Shown here piece by piece: positions 26,564-36,275 of a DNA stretch of 52,137 bases; position 1 is the first letter of the stretch, and every line of letters begins with the position of its first letter. Below the pieces are notes generated by a model that was given only the letters and a program-made list of their open reading frames with translations, was not told the origin of the DNA and did not search any database. The position numbers and the translations under genes were made by a program. Source of the stretch: Candidatus Sabulitectum sp. (GTDB taxonomy: Bacteria; Fermentibacterota; Fermentibacteria; Fermentibacterales; JCC-6). The stretch spans positions 5,516 through 57,652 of the forward strand of contig DAINQE010000011.1 of assembly GCA_036743055.1 (NCBI GenBank). Direction: 5' to 3'.

Positions 26564-26989
26564 ATGGATTCATCCGGAGAAAGGGACACTCTGCACCTGC
26601 TCTCCATTTTTCACTTCGTTCTGGCGGGTTTCATAGCGCTGATGGCCTGCCTGCCCCTGTTCCACCTGGCCGGCGGCCTGTTCATGGTTTTTGGCGGCGT
26701 GGCTGAGAACGAGCCTGGACTGAGCGTTGCAGGCGGATTCTTCTCACTGTTCGCCGGCGGGATAATCCTGGTGGGCTGGGGCATAGCCTATCTGGTGTTC
26801 AGGGCCGGCCGGGGGCTCAACGTCCAGAAGGACTACCAGCTCTGCCTCATCGCCGCAGCTGTACTCTGCATGATAATGCCCTTCGGCACAATCCTGGGGG
26901 TCTTCACCCTGGTGAAGCTCAACGAACAGAAGGTCAAGGACCTTTTTCAGGAGAATGCCCCGGAGGTGGTGAAGGAACCGGAGGCTTGA
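26564..26989 (+). CDS. Integral membrane protein of unknown function (3-4 TM)
   Basis: Hydrophobic segments LLSIFHFVLAGFIALMACLPLF, FFSLFAGGIILVGWGIAYLVF, LIAAAVLCMIMPFGTILGVFTLV. Start preferred at ATG 26564 (GGAAGG upstream); ATG 26537 is the alternative. Confidence 0.6.
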   Translation: MDSSGERDTLHLLSIFHFVLAGFIALMACLPLFHLAGGLFMVFGGVAENEPGLSVAGGFFSLFAGGIILVGWGIAYLVFRAGRGLNVQKDYQLCLIAAAVLCMIMPFGTILGVFTLVKLNEQKVKDLFQENAPEVVKEPEA

Positions 26990-27049
26990 CATAAGGGTCA
27001 GGAGCTGTTTTGTTGTCCGCTGACCCGAAAAAGAAGAAGGAGGATGATA

Positions 27050-27589
27050 ATGGGCTCAGAAGAGAGGGAACAGAGGAAGAAAGCGGTAATCGAGGTTCTC
27101 AACCAGGCCAGGAAGATGGAGCTCCACGCAATAGTGCAGTACATGAATCAGCACTATGGACTCGATGACATGGACTACGGGGAGCTGGCGGGGAACATAA
27201 AGCTCATTGCCATAGACGAGATGAAGCACGCGGAAGCCTTCGCGGAACGAATCAAGGAACTCGGTGGAGAACCGGTAACCGACAGGGCCGCGGAAGTTGT
27301 ACCCGGCCAGGCGGTGGAGAAGATATTTCCCTTCGACAGCGAACTTGAGGACGACACCATAGACAAATACAACCAGTTCCAGAAGGTGTGCTTCGACAGC
27401 GGCGACAGCATTAGCGCAAAGCTGTTCGAGAGGATAATCGACGAAGAGCAGATCCACATGAACTACTTCGACGACATCGCCGATCACATCGAGCAGCTGG
27501 GATCAGCGTACCTTGCCAAGATAGCTGGAACACCTTCGGACACAGGGCTTGCCATAATGGGTTTCGTGGCCCAGAAAGGCGCTGAATAG
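27050..27589 (+). CDS. bfr: Bacterioferritin (long, Desulfovibrio-type)
   Basis: Ferroxidase ligand regions MELHAIVQYMNQHY and AIDEMKHAEAFAERIKELGG, EEEQIHMNYF. Start ATG 27050, 6 nt after AAGGAGG. Confidence 0.85.
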   Translation: MGSEEREQRKKAVIEVLNQARKMELHAIVQYMNQHYGLDDMDYGELAGNIKLIAIDEMKHAEAFAERIKELGGEPVTDRAAEVVPGQAVEKIFPFDSELEDDTIDKYNQFQKVCFDSGDSISAKLFERIIDEEQIHMNYFDDIADHIEQLGSAYLAKIAGTPSDTGLAIMGFVAQKGAE

Positions 27590-27601
27590 AAGGGTGGAAC
27601 G

Positions 27602-28300
27602 ATGAAACTGGTACTGCTTCCGCTGTTGCTGCTGGCCTGCGCGGGATTTGCCCTTACCGGAACCGTAAGCCTGGGAGGCCTCCTCACCTCCGGGAACACC
27701 GACATCAGGCAGCTCGACTCCGGGCTGGGTCTTACCGGGAATCCTTCCTCAAGGCTGGAGACCGGGTTCAACCTGTCCGCCTCATACGGCAGTCAGGAGG
27801 AGGAAACGTACCTGGAGAAGTACCTCTCCGAGGGCACCATGAAGTACTCCTTCACGGACAGTGACTACGCAGCGTCCAGGGCCTACTGGACCAGGGACGA
27901 GTTCTCCGGGATAAGCCACGAGTACGGCGCCACCGCCGGTTACGGAAGGATGCTGGTTTCAGGTGAAGCGTTCTCAGCTTCCCTGGAAGCGGGAGGCGGC
28001 TACTACTCCAGGGAGAACACCCTGGAAGAATCCCTGGAAGCAGCCTCATGGTACGGGGGAACCCTCATGGAGTGGCAGATCTCCGGTTCCTGGAAGCTCA
28101 CCGAGGACGCCAGGTTCTCAGGAGATATCGAGGATTCTGAGAACTATGGCCTTGAAAGCGTTTTCGAAGCAAGCTCGGACATCACCGGAAGCCTGTCCTT
28201 CGTCCTGGGATATGACATTACATACCACAACCTGCCCCCGGTGGAGGGCAGCGAGAAGACCGACACGGCGGTGAGGGTTCAGCTGAGGCTTGCCATCTAG
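27602..28300 (+). CDS. DUF481-like outer-membrane beta-barrel protein
   Basis: Signal peptide MKLVLLPLLLLACAGFA. Alternating beta-strand pattern, with SGNTD and WTRDEFSGI motifs as in the YdiY/DUF481 family. Confidence 0.65.
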   Translation: MKLVLLPLLLLACAGFALTGTVSLGGLLTSGNTDIRQLDSGLGLTGNPSSRLETGFNLSASYGSQEEETYLEKYLSEGTMKYSFTDSDYAASRAYWTRDEFSGISHEYGATAGYGRMLVSGEAFSASLEAGGGYYSRENTLEESLEAASWYGGTLMEWQISGSWKLTEDARFSGDIEDSENYGLESVFEASSDITGSLSFVLGYDITYHNLPPVEGSEKTDTAVRVQLRLAI

Positions 28301-29151
28301 GGAGTCCTGTAGGGCAGCTCCGCAACTATGAACCGGCTGAGCTGAACCTCTGAACCGTCCCGGGCGGTGACCTCAAGGTCGGCGATGCGTTCCAGTACCT
28401 CCGCAGGCACCTGGTAGAGAACCATGACATCGGAGGAAGAATCCTCCAGGAACCTGCTTTCCCAGGTGCTCCAGAAAGCGTCGAACTCGTCTTCGTGGAG
28501 GGTACCTTCAGCCCAGAGCCGGATCTCCCTTCTGAGAATGGCGGGATCATCCAGGAACCTGAGACCCTTGGGAATGGAGCTGGATATCTCGCCCAGGGTG
28601 AAGACCCCGTACATGGGACCTCCAGAGCTGGAAGCCAGCACCACGCAGGGCAGGTCCCGGTACTCCTCCCTGAAGGACCGGTTCCCCCCCTGGCTTATGA
28701 ACGGCAGTTCTCCGGGCGAGCCCGGAACGCACTCATAGTAGAGGAACCTGTCAGCATGCCCCTGAAAGACCGCGCTCAGGCAGTCAACCTGCCTCCACAG
28801 CTCCCATGGGCCGTTGACCGCGCACCGATCCCATCCAGAGGACATATCCTCCGGGACATCCTGCACCAGTTCCACTCCGTTCCATTCGATGTAAGTGGAG
28901 TATTCCCCGCCTGTGGATGGCTGCGGGATCACCGAGGTGGCGTACCCCATTGCCGGGAAGGCTACCCTGATATCCACCGCGCATGGGTCGCCGTGGAAAT
29001 AGATCACCGGAGCCCTGTCCTCCAGTTCCGGCTCAGGGCCGTTAACCGGCACTTCACCTGCTGCTTCACCGGTGAGGTACAGGGGGTTCTGTACTATCAC
29101 CCCCCATTCATGCACCTGCAGGGAAGACAGGATGATCATCAGGGCAAGCAT
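28297..29151 (-). CDS. Secreted protein of unknown function, member 3 (downstream-most) of EWGV paralog triplet
   Basis: 284 aa. N-terminal hydrophobic segment, then VHEWGVIV, APVIYFHG, ELWRQV, RFLYYE, AFWSTWE motifs shared with the two upstream genes. Confidence 0.7.
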   Translation of the reverse strand: MLALMIILSSLQVHEWGVIVQNPLYLTGEAAGEVPVNGPEPELEDRAPVIYFHGDPCAVDIRVAFPAMGYATSVIPQPSTGGEYSTYIEWNGVELVQDVPEDMSSGWDRCAVNGPWELWRQVDCLSAVFQGHADRFLYYECVPGSPGELPFISQGGNRSFREEYRDLPCVVLASSSGGPMYGVFTLGEISSSIPKGLRFLDDPAILRREIRLWAEGTLHEDEFDAFWSTWESRFLEDSSSDVMVLYQVPAEVLERIADLEVTARDGSEVQLSRFIVAELPYRTP

Positions 29152-29152
29152 C

Positions 29153-30094
29153 TCAGTACACCCTGACGAGGCCCAGGAACATCCTGTTGTAGCTTACCAT
29201 CAGATCGGGTCTGCCGTGTATGACCAGTTCCAGGGTGCTTATCTTTTCCACCTCGTCCCAGGGCAGGGGGAAAAGCATCCACAGCTCCCCTTCGCCCCTC
29301 CTGTCATACGCAAGCTCGTCGCAGGCGCTTTCTGTCTGGAAGAAGGGTTTCCATGTATTCCACAGCGCTTCTATCTCCTGGGACTTGAGCCTTCCCCCTG
29401 CCCATCCGCAGATGACTTCCAGCACCTCATCGTCGGCAAGCTGGTCCGCCGAGCTGGAACCTCCGGGAAGGGGCACCAGGGTGTGTCGGCGCACCTGGGG
29501 TTCATCCCCCACTGTGATGGCCAGACCCTCCGGGGAGTAGTGGCCTGCCAGGATCTCCGGGTCGTAGATGTCGTCCGGAGGGTTCCAGAAGAGTATTCCC
29601 GCTTCGTAGTAGAGGAAGTTGCCCAGGTAGTCGCCTGTTTCATGGTCGAAGAGATCCCTGGATGGAACATCCCTCCAGAGTGGCATTGCCCACGCGAACG
29701 GCAGGTCTCCGGGTTCCGGCGGGGTAGGCCTTTCGGTGAGGGGAACGGGAGGCGGGCTGGATATCCTCCATTCGACTTCAACGGGATAGCTTTCATCCTC
29801 CACCGAATGGGGCTCGGGATACAGCGCGGTAAGCTCACCCTGAACCGCTTTGACCGTGAGTGTGGCATCCTGGAAGAACGCGCCGTGAATCCATATCACC
29901 GGGGCGTCGACCAGAAGGGGGCCGAACGGCTCCCTGCCGAATTCCAGGCCGCCGTCCTCCCCTGGAGCTCCGGCGACGGTGGTTCCCCCGGCGGTAAACA
30001 CCACCACCCCCCATTCGTTCACGAAGACCTCGCTGTAGTCCATTGGCGGGGCGATGACGGTATCGGCCAGGAACGGAAAAAGAAGCGGAATCAT
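29153..30094 (-). CDS. Secreted protein of unknown function, member 2 of EWGV paralog triplet
   Basis: Start set at ATG 30094 (MIPLLFPFL) after GGGAGAGG, 13 nt past the upstream stop. Motifs VNEWGVVV, APVIWIHG, PLWRDV, NFLYYE, ALWNTWK. Confidence 0.7.
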   Translation of the reverse strand: MIPLLFPFLADTVIAPPMDYSEVFVNEWGVVVFTAGGTTVAGAPGEDGGLEFGREPFGPLLVDAPVIWIHGAFFQDATLTVKAVQGELTALYPEPHSVEDESYPVEVEWRISSPPPVPLTERPTPPEPGDLPFAWAMPLWRDVPSRDLFDHETGDYLGNFLYYEAGILFWNPPDDIYDPEILAGHYSPEGLAITVGDEPQVRRHTLVPLPGGSSSADQLADDEVLEVICGWAGGRLKSQEIEALWNTWKPFFQTESACDELAYDRRGEGELWMLFPLPWDEVEKISTLELVIHGRPDLMVSYNRMFLGLVRVY

Positions 30095-30107
30095 GATCCT
30101 CTCCCTT

Positions 30108-31028
30108 CTACAGAGGCAGCGCCACGAGGATGTACCTGCGCAGCTCCACCGGGTAGGGGGCCTCAACCGGTTCCACCGATATGGTGCTGATAATCCCGGC
30201 GAGCTCTTCGGGCACCTGCAGGAGCACCATGCCAGAGGAGTATTCCCGCTGGGAGCTGTGATCGTAGAGTATCCAGGACGACCATGTGTTCCAGAGCGCC
30301 TGGTACTGTTCCGGCTCCAGGGTGTCAGCCGACCAGTCCAGGAGAACTCTCATCACGTCGTCGGGGGTAATGTCCTGGTATTCCATGTCGCCACCGTAAA
30401 CAAGTGTGCCAAGGGTGGTGCTGGAGAAGAATACCCCGTCGGTCCTCCGTTTGATGACCAGGACCGGCCAGTCGGAGTATTCGTCGCAGACGGACTCGGC
30501 ACCCGGGGTGTATGGCAGGAAGTCCATTGTCTCCGGAGCAGTTTCGTAATAGAGGAACTTGTCGTGCCATCCGTTCGCCATGGAGACGGTCATTGCCGGA
30601 TCAACCCTCCAGAGATCGTAGTTCCATTGCCCGGGGGATACTTCAAGACCCCTTGGATACTCTTCTATGCGGTCAAGGGATACCGAGCATTCCCAGGTTA
30701 CCGATGAGTGTGACCTCAAATGATCATCCACAGCGGGGTAGATATCGAAGATGGCCCCGTTGTCGGTGGCTACCGTGACGGCACCCGAGAACTCGGGGCC
30801 GTTGAAGTAAAGCACCGGCGCCCTTACGGCGTAATCCCCGTAGTCTATATCGTCAGACCCGATGGGGAATACCTCCGGCACTTCAGGTGCCGATGTGAGG
30901 ACCGGATCTCCGTTGATCCAGGTAACGACCCCCCATTCCTGCACGACGATCTGCGGGAGTATGTCCTCCGCGAAGGAGACCTGTGCAATGAGGGTGAGGA
31001 ATAAGACTGTAACAGCTGCGGTTCTCAT
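30108..31028 (-). CDS. Secreted protein of unknown function, member 1 of EWGV paralog triplet
   Basis: Signal peptide MRTAAVTVLFLTLIAQVSFA. Motifs VQEWGVVT, APVLYFNG, DLWRVD, KFLYYE, ALWNTWS. Confidence 0.72.
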   Translation of the reverse strand: MRTAAVTVLFLTLIAQVSFAEDILPQIVVQEWGVVTWINGDPVLTSAPEVPEVFPIGSDDIDYGDYAVRAPVLYFNGPEFSGAVTVATDNGAIFDIYPAVDDHLRSHSSVTWECSVSLDRIEEYPRGLEVSPGQWNYDLWRVDPAMTVSMANGWHDKFLYYETAPETMDFLPYTPGAESVCDEYSDWPVLVIKRRTDGVFFSSTTLGTLVYGGDMEYQDITPDDVMRVLLDWSADTLEPEQYQALWNTWSSWILYDHSSQREYSSGMVLLQVPEELAGIISTISVEPVEAPYPVELRRYILVALPL

Positions 31029-31079
31029 GTCTGTCCTTTCTGAAACGTTCTATGGATCAATACCTGTCCGGTGTCTATT

Positions 31080-31847
31080 CTATTCCAACGGCTCGGCGGT
31101 GAAAACCACCGGGGTATGGTCCGACGGCTTTTCCCAACCCCTGGGCTCCCGGTCTATCTCGCAGCCCTTTATCAGATTTGCAGCCGACTCGGTGGCCAGC
31201 ACGAGGTCCAGCCTCATCCCCCGATTCCTTCTCCATGCCGCCGCCCTGTAATCCCACCAGCTGTATGCCTTGCCCTCGGGGTGATACTCCCTGAAAACAT
31301 CCCTGAACCCATTCTGAAGGAAGCCCTTTATCCTCTCCCTCTCCAGGGGATGGTAGCACACCGTGCCATCCTGTTCCTCAGGGGAGTGGGTGTCGTCGGG
31401 CCCCGGCGCTACGTTGAAGTCGCCCAGGATAACCACCGGTTCACTGAAGGAGAGCGCGTGATCAAGAAGGCGCTGAAGGTACTCCAGCTTCTCCAGGAAC
31501 CTGGGGTTCTCCACCTCGCCCCCGTTGGGCACATAGGTGTTTATCACCCGTATGCCCCGGAACAGCCCTGAGATCATCCTTCTCTGCTCCGGGAGGAACC
31601 CGTCGAATTCCATTTCAAGGTCACTGACCGGCTCCCTTGAAATGAAGGCCACACCGTTCCACCGGGGCTGACCGTTTACGAAGGAGGTGTATCCCAGGTC
31701 GGCAAGTTCTCCATGGGGGAACTGTGACTCGTCGGCCTTCAGCTCCTGAACGCAGAGCAGGTCCGGCTCCCTCTCCCGCAGCCAGCGCAGGACCACGGGC
31801 AGACGGGCCCTGATGGAGTTAACGTTCCAGGTTGCTATCCTGACCAT
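31080..31847 (-). CDS. xthA: Exodeoxyribonuclease III
   Basis: 255 aa. IATWNVNSIRAR, LCVQELK, GDFNVAP and SDHTPV are hallmark ExoIII/APE motifs. Confidence 0.92.
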   Translation of the reverse strand: MVRIATWNVNSIRARLPVVLRWLREREPDLLCVQELKADESQFPHGELADLGYTSFVNGQPRWNGVAFISREPVSDLEMEFDGFLPEQRRMISGLFRGIRVINTYVPNGGEVENPRFLEKLEYLQRLLDHALSFSEPVVILGDFNVAPGPDDTHSPEEQDGTVCYHPLERERIKGFLQNGFRDVFREYHPEGKAYSWWDYRAAAWRRNRGMRLDLVLATESAANLIKGCEIDREPRGWEKPSDHTPVVFTAEPLE

Positions 31848-31913
31848 TGCCGACCTCCCGTCTCGGTGGAACCGGATTTCCCAACGGATGCAAAATACAG
31901 TAAATTAACGGTT

Positions 31914-33536
31914 ATGAACAGAAAGAGGTTTTTTGCCGCTGCGGTCCTGATAATGCTGTTCGCCCTGGGCGTGAGATCAATTGCCATGCTGAGGAATCCC
32001 ATTCCCGCCGGGGACGGCATCTCATCCAACATGCTGCTGGCCGACAATCTGAACAGGGGTCTGGGATACACCACCTTCGTGAAGTGGACCCTCTACGACA
32101 AGTCGGAGGAGTTCCTGAGGCCGGAGGCCAACAGACAGCCGGCGACGGCGACGCTCCTTGCCGGGTGGTTCCGGCTGCTGGGAACGGGATATTTCCAGGC
32201 CCAGCTCCTTGCCATGGCCATGGGAGCCCTGGCAATGCTCGCCGCCGCTTCCTGGACGGCGCGAACATTCGGCAGGGGAGCCGCGCTTGCGGTGCTCGCC
32301 TATCTGGCGGCGGACCCTCCCTTCGTCTGGTTCAGCGTTCACATGGACAGCCTGATGGCTTATGTGACACTCTTCTACCTTATACTCATTCTGGCCGACT
32401 GCGAGAGACTGTCGATGCAGAGGACCATCCTGCTGGGAGTTCTTACAGGACTTCTGTATCTGGTGAGGACCCAGGGGGTGCTCATGGTCCCGGCGCTTGT
32501 GGTATGGATCATCTTCAAGGAAAGGCGCAGATGGCTGTGGAAGGCACTGGCGTTCGGACTTGCGGCGCTGGTTGTTGTTTCCCCCTGGCTCATTAGGAAC
32601 ATCAGCGAGTTCGGCAACCCTTCCCACAGTCAGAACGGCCAGTTCATACTGAACGAGAACCACTGGTCCGCGTGGAGCATCCGCGATTCCGCGCCTTCCC
32701 CCTCTGACATGTGGAGGAATCAGGGGCCGGCGGCGGTAGCCCGTTATGTGGCCGCTGGAGTGCTGAGGGTCTTCGAGCCCTTCACCACAGGATCCACCCA
32801 CAGGGGGGAGATCTTCGGTCAGCCGACCCTGGCGGTCTTTGCGGCATTCGCCGTTTTTGCCCTTGTTTGCCCGCAGACCAGAAGGAAGATGCTCCTTCCG
32901 GGCCTGGCCCTGGTGCCGGTGTTCCTCGCCCTGGTCCTTCACCAGCATTCAGGGAGATATCTCTCAGTAGCGGTGCCTGCAGTGGTCGCTGCGGGTTCCG
33001 CGGGGATCGGGAGGCTTGCATCCACCGCCGGGAAGAAGATCATTCCATGGCTGGCTCTGCTCATCGCCCTTACCCTTGCCAGACCCCTTCTTCAGGTGCT
33101 GGAGGAGGACAGCAGGGAGAGAGCCGCGGAAACCATGGAAGTGGCGCTATGGGTAAAGGAAAACGCCTCGGATTCGGCCTGGGTATGCACATTCCCCAAT
33201 GTGGAGCTTTTTACATGGGTCTACAGGAAACCCACACTGGCCTGGCCCAACGATTACGAGATGCTGCTGTGGCCCTACCTTCATCAGCACGGGGTTGAAT
33301 ACATGGTGGTTGATCCGGACCTTCCGGTGCTTCGCCCCTGGCTCTCCCGGTGCTGGAGAAGGTCCCCCGACGGAAGGGAGTGGGACCTGATCAACCCGCC
33401 ACCCTTCCTGGAAGAGGTATGGAGGAGCCAGTCGGGGAAAACCTTAGTCTACAGGTTCTCAGGGGAAGTGCCCCGGGGTTACATGGCGGTGGATTCCCTG
33501 CCGCCGGACAATTATCGGGCAATCGGACCGCACTGA
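31914..33536 (+). CDS. ArnT/PMT-like (GT39/GT83-type) membrane glycosyltransferase
   Basis: Start ATG 31914 (MNRKRFFAAAVLIML). About 10 predicted TM segments in the first 400 aa, then a soluble C-terminal domain. General resemblance to dolichyl-phosphate-mannose/undecaprenyl-phosphate-sugar transferases. Confidence 0.55.
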   Translation: MNRKRFFAAAVLIMLFALGVRSIAMLRNPIPAGDGISSNMLLADNLNRGLGYTTFVKWTLYDKSEEFLRPEANRQPATATLLAGWFRLLGTGYFQAQLLAMAMGALAMLAAASWTARTFGRGAALAVLAYLAADPPFVWFSVHMDSLMAYVTLFYLILILADCERLSMQRTILLGVLTGLLYLVRTQGVLMVPALVVWIIFKERRRWLWKALAFGLAALVVVSPWLIRNISEFGNPSHSQNGQFILNENHWSAWSIRDSAPSPSDMWRNQGPAAVARYVAAGVLRVFEPFTTGSTHRGEIFGQPTLAVFAAFAVFALVCPQTRRKMLLPGLALVPVFLALVLHQHSGRYLSVAVPAVVAAGSAGIGRLASTAGKKIIPWLALLIALTLARPLLQVLEEDSRERAAETMEVALWVKENASDSAWVCTFPNVELFTWVYRKPTLAWPNDYEMLLWPYLHQHGVEYMVVDPDLPVLRPWLSRCWRRSPDGREWDLINPPPFLEEVWRSQSGKTLVYRFSGEVPRGYMAVDSLPPDNYRAIGPH

Positions 33537-33555
33537 ATGAAAGAAGGGAGGAAAG

Positions 33556-34464
33556 ATGAGGCTTGAGATCAGCCAGCCACCTCTTAACACTTCTCTCATG
33601 GGGGTCGTGAGCGGGGTATGCAGGTTCTTCGGCAGGGAGATCCCCGAGCCCGTCCTCTTCGGGAGGACAGGGCACGCCTTCATCATGAACATCAGCGAGG
33701 ACCTGTGCCCCAGCGGACCCTACCTGTGGGACATGAAACCATTCATTTCGCTTCTGGAGAACTCCGGGTTCGTGATGAACTTCCACGGGTTTTTCAACGA
33801 GAAAAGCACCCGGGAAGAACGGAGCAAGCTGGAAGGCAAACTCAGGGATGAGCTTGACAGGGGGCATCCGTGCTCCATCCTGAACATGGACAATCAGATA
33901 ATCTCAGGGTACGACGGTACCGGTTTCTTCTGCGTTCAGCCCTGGGAGTGTGATTTTCCACCGGGCAGGCTCAGCTTCGGCTCGTGGGAGGAGATATCGA
34001 CTGAGATACATGCATGTTTTTACAGCTTCCATGAAGTGGAGCCCCTGGAACCGGCTTTCTGTATCCAGAGAAGCCTGCTCTTCGCCCTGGACCAGCTTCA
34101 TGGAAACCCTGTCCGTCCTGTGGGGGACTCAGTGTCCGGCATCGGAGCGTACGCTACCTGGAAGACCGGAGTTCTTGGCGGGCACGGGGAAAGCCACGGC
34201 AACTGGTGGAACGGAACCGTATGGTCGGAATGCAGAAGAATGGCTTCCGGGTACTTCGGAGAGATAGCCGAGGCCTATCCTGGATGCTCCGCTGCCTCGA
34301 GGGAACTCTCTTCCCTTTACGGAGAGGTGGCCGGAAGGCTGGAAGGCGTGGCCCTCAAGGAAACCCCCGCCGAAAAGAAGGTGGAGCTGCTGGACGAGGC
34401 AGCAACCCTGGAGGGCAGGACTGGGGATCTCCTCGAAGAGCTTGCGGAAACCATAGAAACTTAG
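33556..34464 (+). CDS. Hypothetical protein (possibly BtrH_N/DUF4872-like papain-fold relative)
   Basis: 302 aa, RBS GGGAGGAAAG upstream, protein-like composition. A weak resemblance (..EPVLFGRTGHAFIM..) to BtrH-like proteins is only an impression. Confidence 0.6.
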   Translation: MRLEISQPPLNTSLMGVVSGVCRFFGREIPEPVLFGRTGHAFIMNISEDLCPSGPYLWDMKPFISLLENSGFVMNFHGFFNEKSTREERSKLEGKLRDELDRGHPCSILNMDNQIISGYDGTGFFCVQPWECDFPPGRLSFGSWEEISTEIHACFYSFHEVEPLEPAFCIQRSLLFALDQLHGNPVRPVGDSVSGIGAYATWKTGVLGGHGESHGNWWNGTVWSECRRMASGYFGEIAEAYPGCSAASRELSSLYGEVAGRLEGVALKETPAEKKVELLDEAATLEGRTGDLLEELAETIET

Positions 34465-34473
34465 GGGGACTGT

Positions 34474-35064
34474 ATGAAGGTACTGCTGATCAACGGCAGC
34501 CCCAGGCGGAACGGCAACACGGACATGATGCTGGATGCCCTGAGGGAACACCTGGAAAATGGCGGAGCCGTCGTGGAGAGGTTTCAGCTTGGGGGAGAGG
34601 CCATCAGGGGCTGCGCCGCCTGCGGGGAGTGCGGCAGAAGGCTGGACCGCAGGTGCGCCATAGATGAGGACCTGATGAACGACCTTATAGAGAAGATGAT
34701 CGACTCCCATGCGGTGGTGATAGGCACTCCTACCTACTTCGGGAACGTTTCCACGGAAGTGAAGGCCCTGATCGACAGGGCCGGGCTGGTGGGGATGGTA
34801 AACAGGCGGATGTTCAGAAGGAAGATAGGTGCAGCTGTGGTGGCGGTTCGAAGGGCCGGGTCAGTGGAGGCGTTCCATGCGGTGAATAACTTTTTCCACC
34901 TGAACCAGATGATCATTCCGGGAAGCGGATACTGGACAGTGGGGTACGGCCTGAGACCCGGAGAGGTGGCAGGGGATTCCGAGGGGCTTTCCACCCTGGG
35001 CGCCCTGGCGGCCAACATCCTCTGGCTGGGGGCGAAGATCGGGGAAGATGGTGATAAACCTTGA
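34474..35064 (+). CDS. Flavodoxin-like NAD(P)H-dependent FMN reductase family protein
   Basis: MKVLLINGSPRRNGNT N-terminus and GTPTYFGNVS motif are typical of the FMN_red / iron-sulfur flavoprotein family. Internal CAACGECGRRLDRRC cluster. Confidence 0.8.
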   Translation: MKVLLINGSPRRNGNTDMMLDALREHLENGGAVVERFQLGGEAIRGCAACGECGRRLDRRCAIDEDLMNDLIEKMIDSHAVVIGTPTYFGNVSTEVKALIDRAGLVGMVNRRMFRRKIGAAVVAVRRAGSVEAFHAVNNFFHLNQMIIPGSGYWTVGYGLRPGEVAGDSEGLSTLGALAANILWLGAKIGEDGDKP

Positions 35065-36212
35065 GGTACAGGAAATTCGGCAGCCTCGACTGGAACGTTT
35101 CCGCCCTGGGATTCGGCATCATGCGGATGCCGGTGATAGACGGTGAATACGGCAGAATAGACGAAGAAGCCGGGCTGAAGCTGGTTCGGGAAGCGATAGA
35201 CTCAGGGGTGAACTACCTGGATACGGCGTGGAACTACCATGGGGAAGGCAGCGAAGGATTTCTGGGAAGGGTCCTCGCCGACGGCTACAGGGAGAAGGTG
35301 CGGATCGCCACGAAGATGCCCTGCTGGCTCGTGGAGAAGCCCGACGACCTGGACAGGTACTTCGATATCCAGATGGAGCGGCTTCAGGTGGACCGTATCG
35401 ACTTCTATCTCCTCCATGCACTTCAGAGGGACTGGTGGGAGAGGATGAAGGAAGCCGGCTTCCGCCGGTGGGCGGAGAAGAAGCTGGCGGACGGAGTGAT
35501 AGGAAACCTGGGATTCTCTTTCCACGGAATGTTTCCCCTTTTTCGAAGGATAATCGAGGAGTACGATCTCTGGACGATGACCATGGTCCAGCACAACTAC
35601 ATGGACGCGGAAAGGGAGGCTGGAACAGCCGGCATAAGGCTCGCCGCTGATAAAGGTCTTGCGGTGGTGGCCATGGAACCCCTCAGGGGGGGGCAGCTGG
35701 CCAAGGAACCTCCCCCGGGGATAGGTGAGATTTTCCGGAAAGCCGTTCCAGGGAGATCGATCGCTGAATGGGGTTTGAGGTGGCTCTGGGACCAGAGCGA
35801 GATATCCATGGTCCTCAGCGGAATGAGCGCTCCTGAACAGGTGCGGGAGAATATCAGGATCGCATGCGAGACAGGTCCTGGATGCATGGAAGATTCCGAA
35901 AAGGAAGTGATCGAAGCGGTTAAGCTCGCCTATGAAGAAAGGGCGGGAATTGGCTGCACCTTCTGCGGCTACTGCCTCCCATGCCCCATGGGAGCAGCCA
36001 TACCATGGATTTTCGAGTATTACAACATTTCTTCCATGTACGATGACATCCGCAGGGCCAGGGGTCACTATGCAATGCTCGACCAGTCGAACAGGGGTGA
36101 TGTATGCACATCCTGCGGCAGGTGCGTTGAGCACTGCCCCCAGCACCTGGACATTCCATCTCTTCTTGCGGAATGCCACTCTCTCCTGAAGCCTGCGGAT
36201 CCTCCGGTCTGA
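35061..36212 (+). CDS. Aldo/keto reductase with C-terminal 4Fe-4S ferredoxin-type domain
   Basis: TTG 35061 start overlaps the upstream stop (TTGA). MRYRKFGSLDWNVSALGFG, DTAWNYH and IDFYLLH AKR motifs. C-terminal CTFCGYCLPCP and CTSCGRCVEHCP. Confidence 0.82.
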   Translation: MRYRKFGSLDWNVSALGFGIMRMPVIDGEYGRIDEEAGLKLVREAIDSGVNYLDTAWNYHGEGSEGFLGRVLADGYREKVRIATKMPCWLVEKPDDLDRYFDIQMERLQVDRIDFYLLHALQRDWWERMKEAGFRRWAEKKLADGVIGNLGFSFHGMFPLFRRIIEEYDLWTMTMVQHNYMDAEREAGTAGIRLAADKGLAVVAMEPLRGGQLAKEPPPGIGEIFRKAVPGRSIAEWGLRWLWDQSEISMVLSGMSAPEQVRENIRIACETGPGCMEDSEKEVIEAVKLAYEERAGIGCTFCGYCLPCPMGAAIPWIFEYYNISSMYDDIRRARGHYAMLDQSNRGDVCTSCGRCVEHCPQHLDIPSLLAECHSLLKPADPPV

Positions 36213-36275
36213 TTTGACGTTCCGGAACCTCCGGCTATAATCAACTTCGGCACGGCACCCTGGAAAGGAGAGACC

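Noticed and set aside
27500-27589. C-terminal extension of the bacterioferritin (…AGTPSDTGLAIMGFVAQKGAE) as a possible encapsulin cargo-loading peptide.
   Set aside because: The length and tail resemble the long Desulfovibrio-type bacterioferritin as I remember it. There is no encapsulin shell gene nearby (the next gene is a DUF481 barrel). The tail does not match the GSL-type targeting consensus.
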